DNA from: Paraspadella gotoi
Taxonomy: Eukaryota > Animalia > Chaetognatha
Direction of reading: 5' to 3'
NCBI GenBank assembly: GCA_051294375.1
Contig: JBJCIZ010000284.1
Coordinates: 1-8,469, forward strand
DNA length: 8,469 nucleotides
Below the pieces are notes generated by a model. The model did no database searches. It had not been told where the DNA came from and worked only from the letters and a program-made list of their open reading frames with translations. The position numbers were made by a program, and so were the translations under genes. Below are positions 8,245 to 8,469 of the stretch, piece after piece. Each line of letters begins with the position of its first letter. Within the stretch, counting starts at the first letter, position 1.

Positions 8245-8469
8245 TAATACATTTTGTATTTACATTTAATATAAAAAGCATAATCATTAATGAAACACGT
8301 TTTTTGTTTTTTCCAATTTAAACTATTTCCACTCAAATGATCCATCGAAACTTGATTTCCTGTTCAATCACCTTTTCTACCCACATACAAAATTTCAAGT
8401 CAATCTCCCCATCCACTCATGAGTAATTGGTGTTCAAATAGTGAAATATTTTTTTTTTTCCAGATCAGA

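Larger units (their letters stand above)
3892..8463 (+). other. Putative first intron of a + strand gene
   Basis: Consensus donor CAC|GTAAGT at 3892, downstream of the promoter. A long T-tract plus CCAG acceptor ends at 8463. Pairing of the two sites is inferred. An alternative donor CAG|GTAAAT lies at 3475. Confidence 0.4.

Overview
AT-rich, non-coding eukaryotic DNA, probably from an invertebrate animal. No ORF in the track is credible: they are translated microsatellites or AT-rich chance frames. The left half holds simple repeats, (CT/AG)n tracts and a small hairpin element. It also holds a likely Pol II promoter at 3172-3450, with seven same-strand CCAATC boxes every 30-37 bp followed by an ETS site. 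A putative 5' exon ends at a GTAAGT donor (3892), and an acceptor sits at the window end (8463). The putative intron between them contains a Helentron/DINE-1-like non-autonomous element (~4019-4598) and a ~3.4 kb foldback transposon (4731-8115). The foldback element has ~570 bp terminal inverted repeats, a flanking direct repeat TAATAAATAG, an internal extra copy of part of the arm, and a second nested inverted repeat (~5903-6606). Six TGATTAAT copies lie just after it. All alignments were done by eye.
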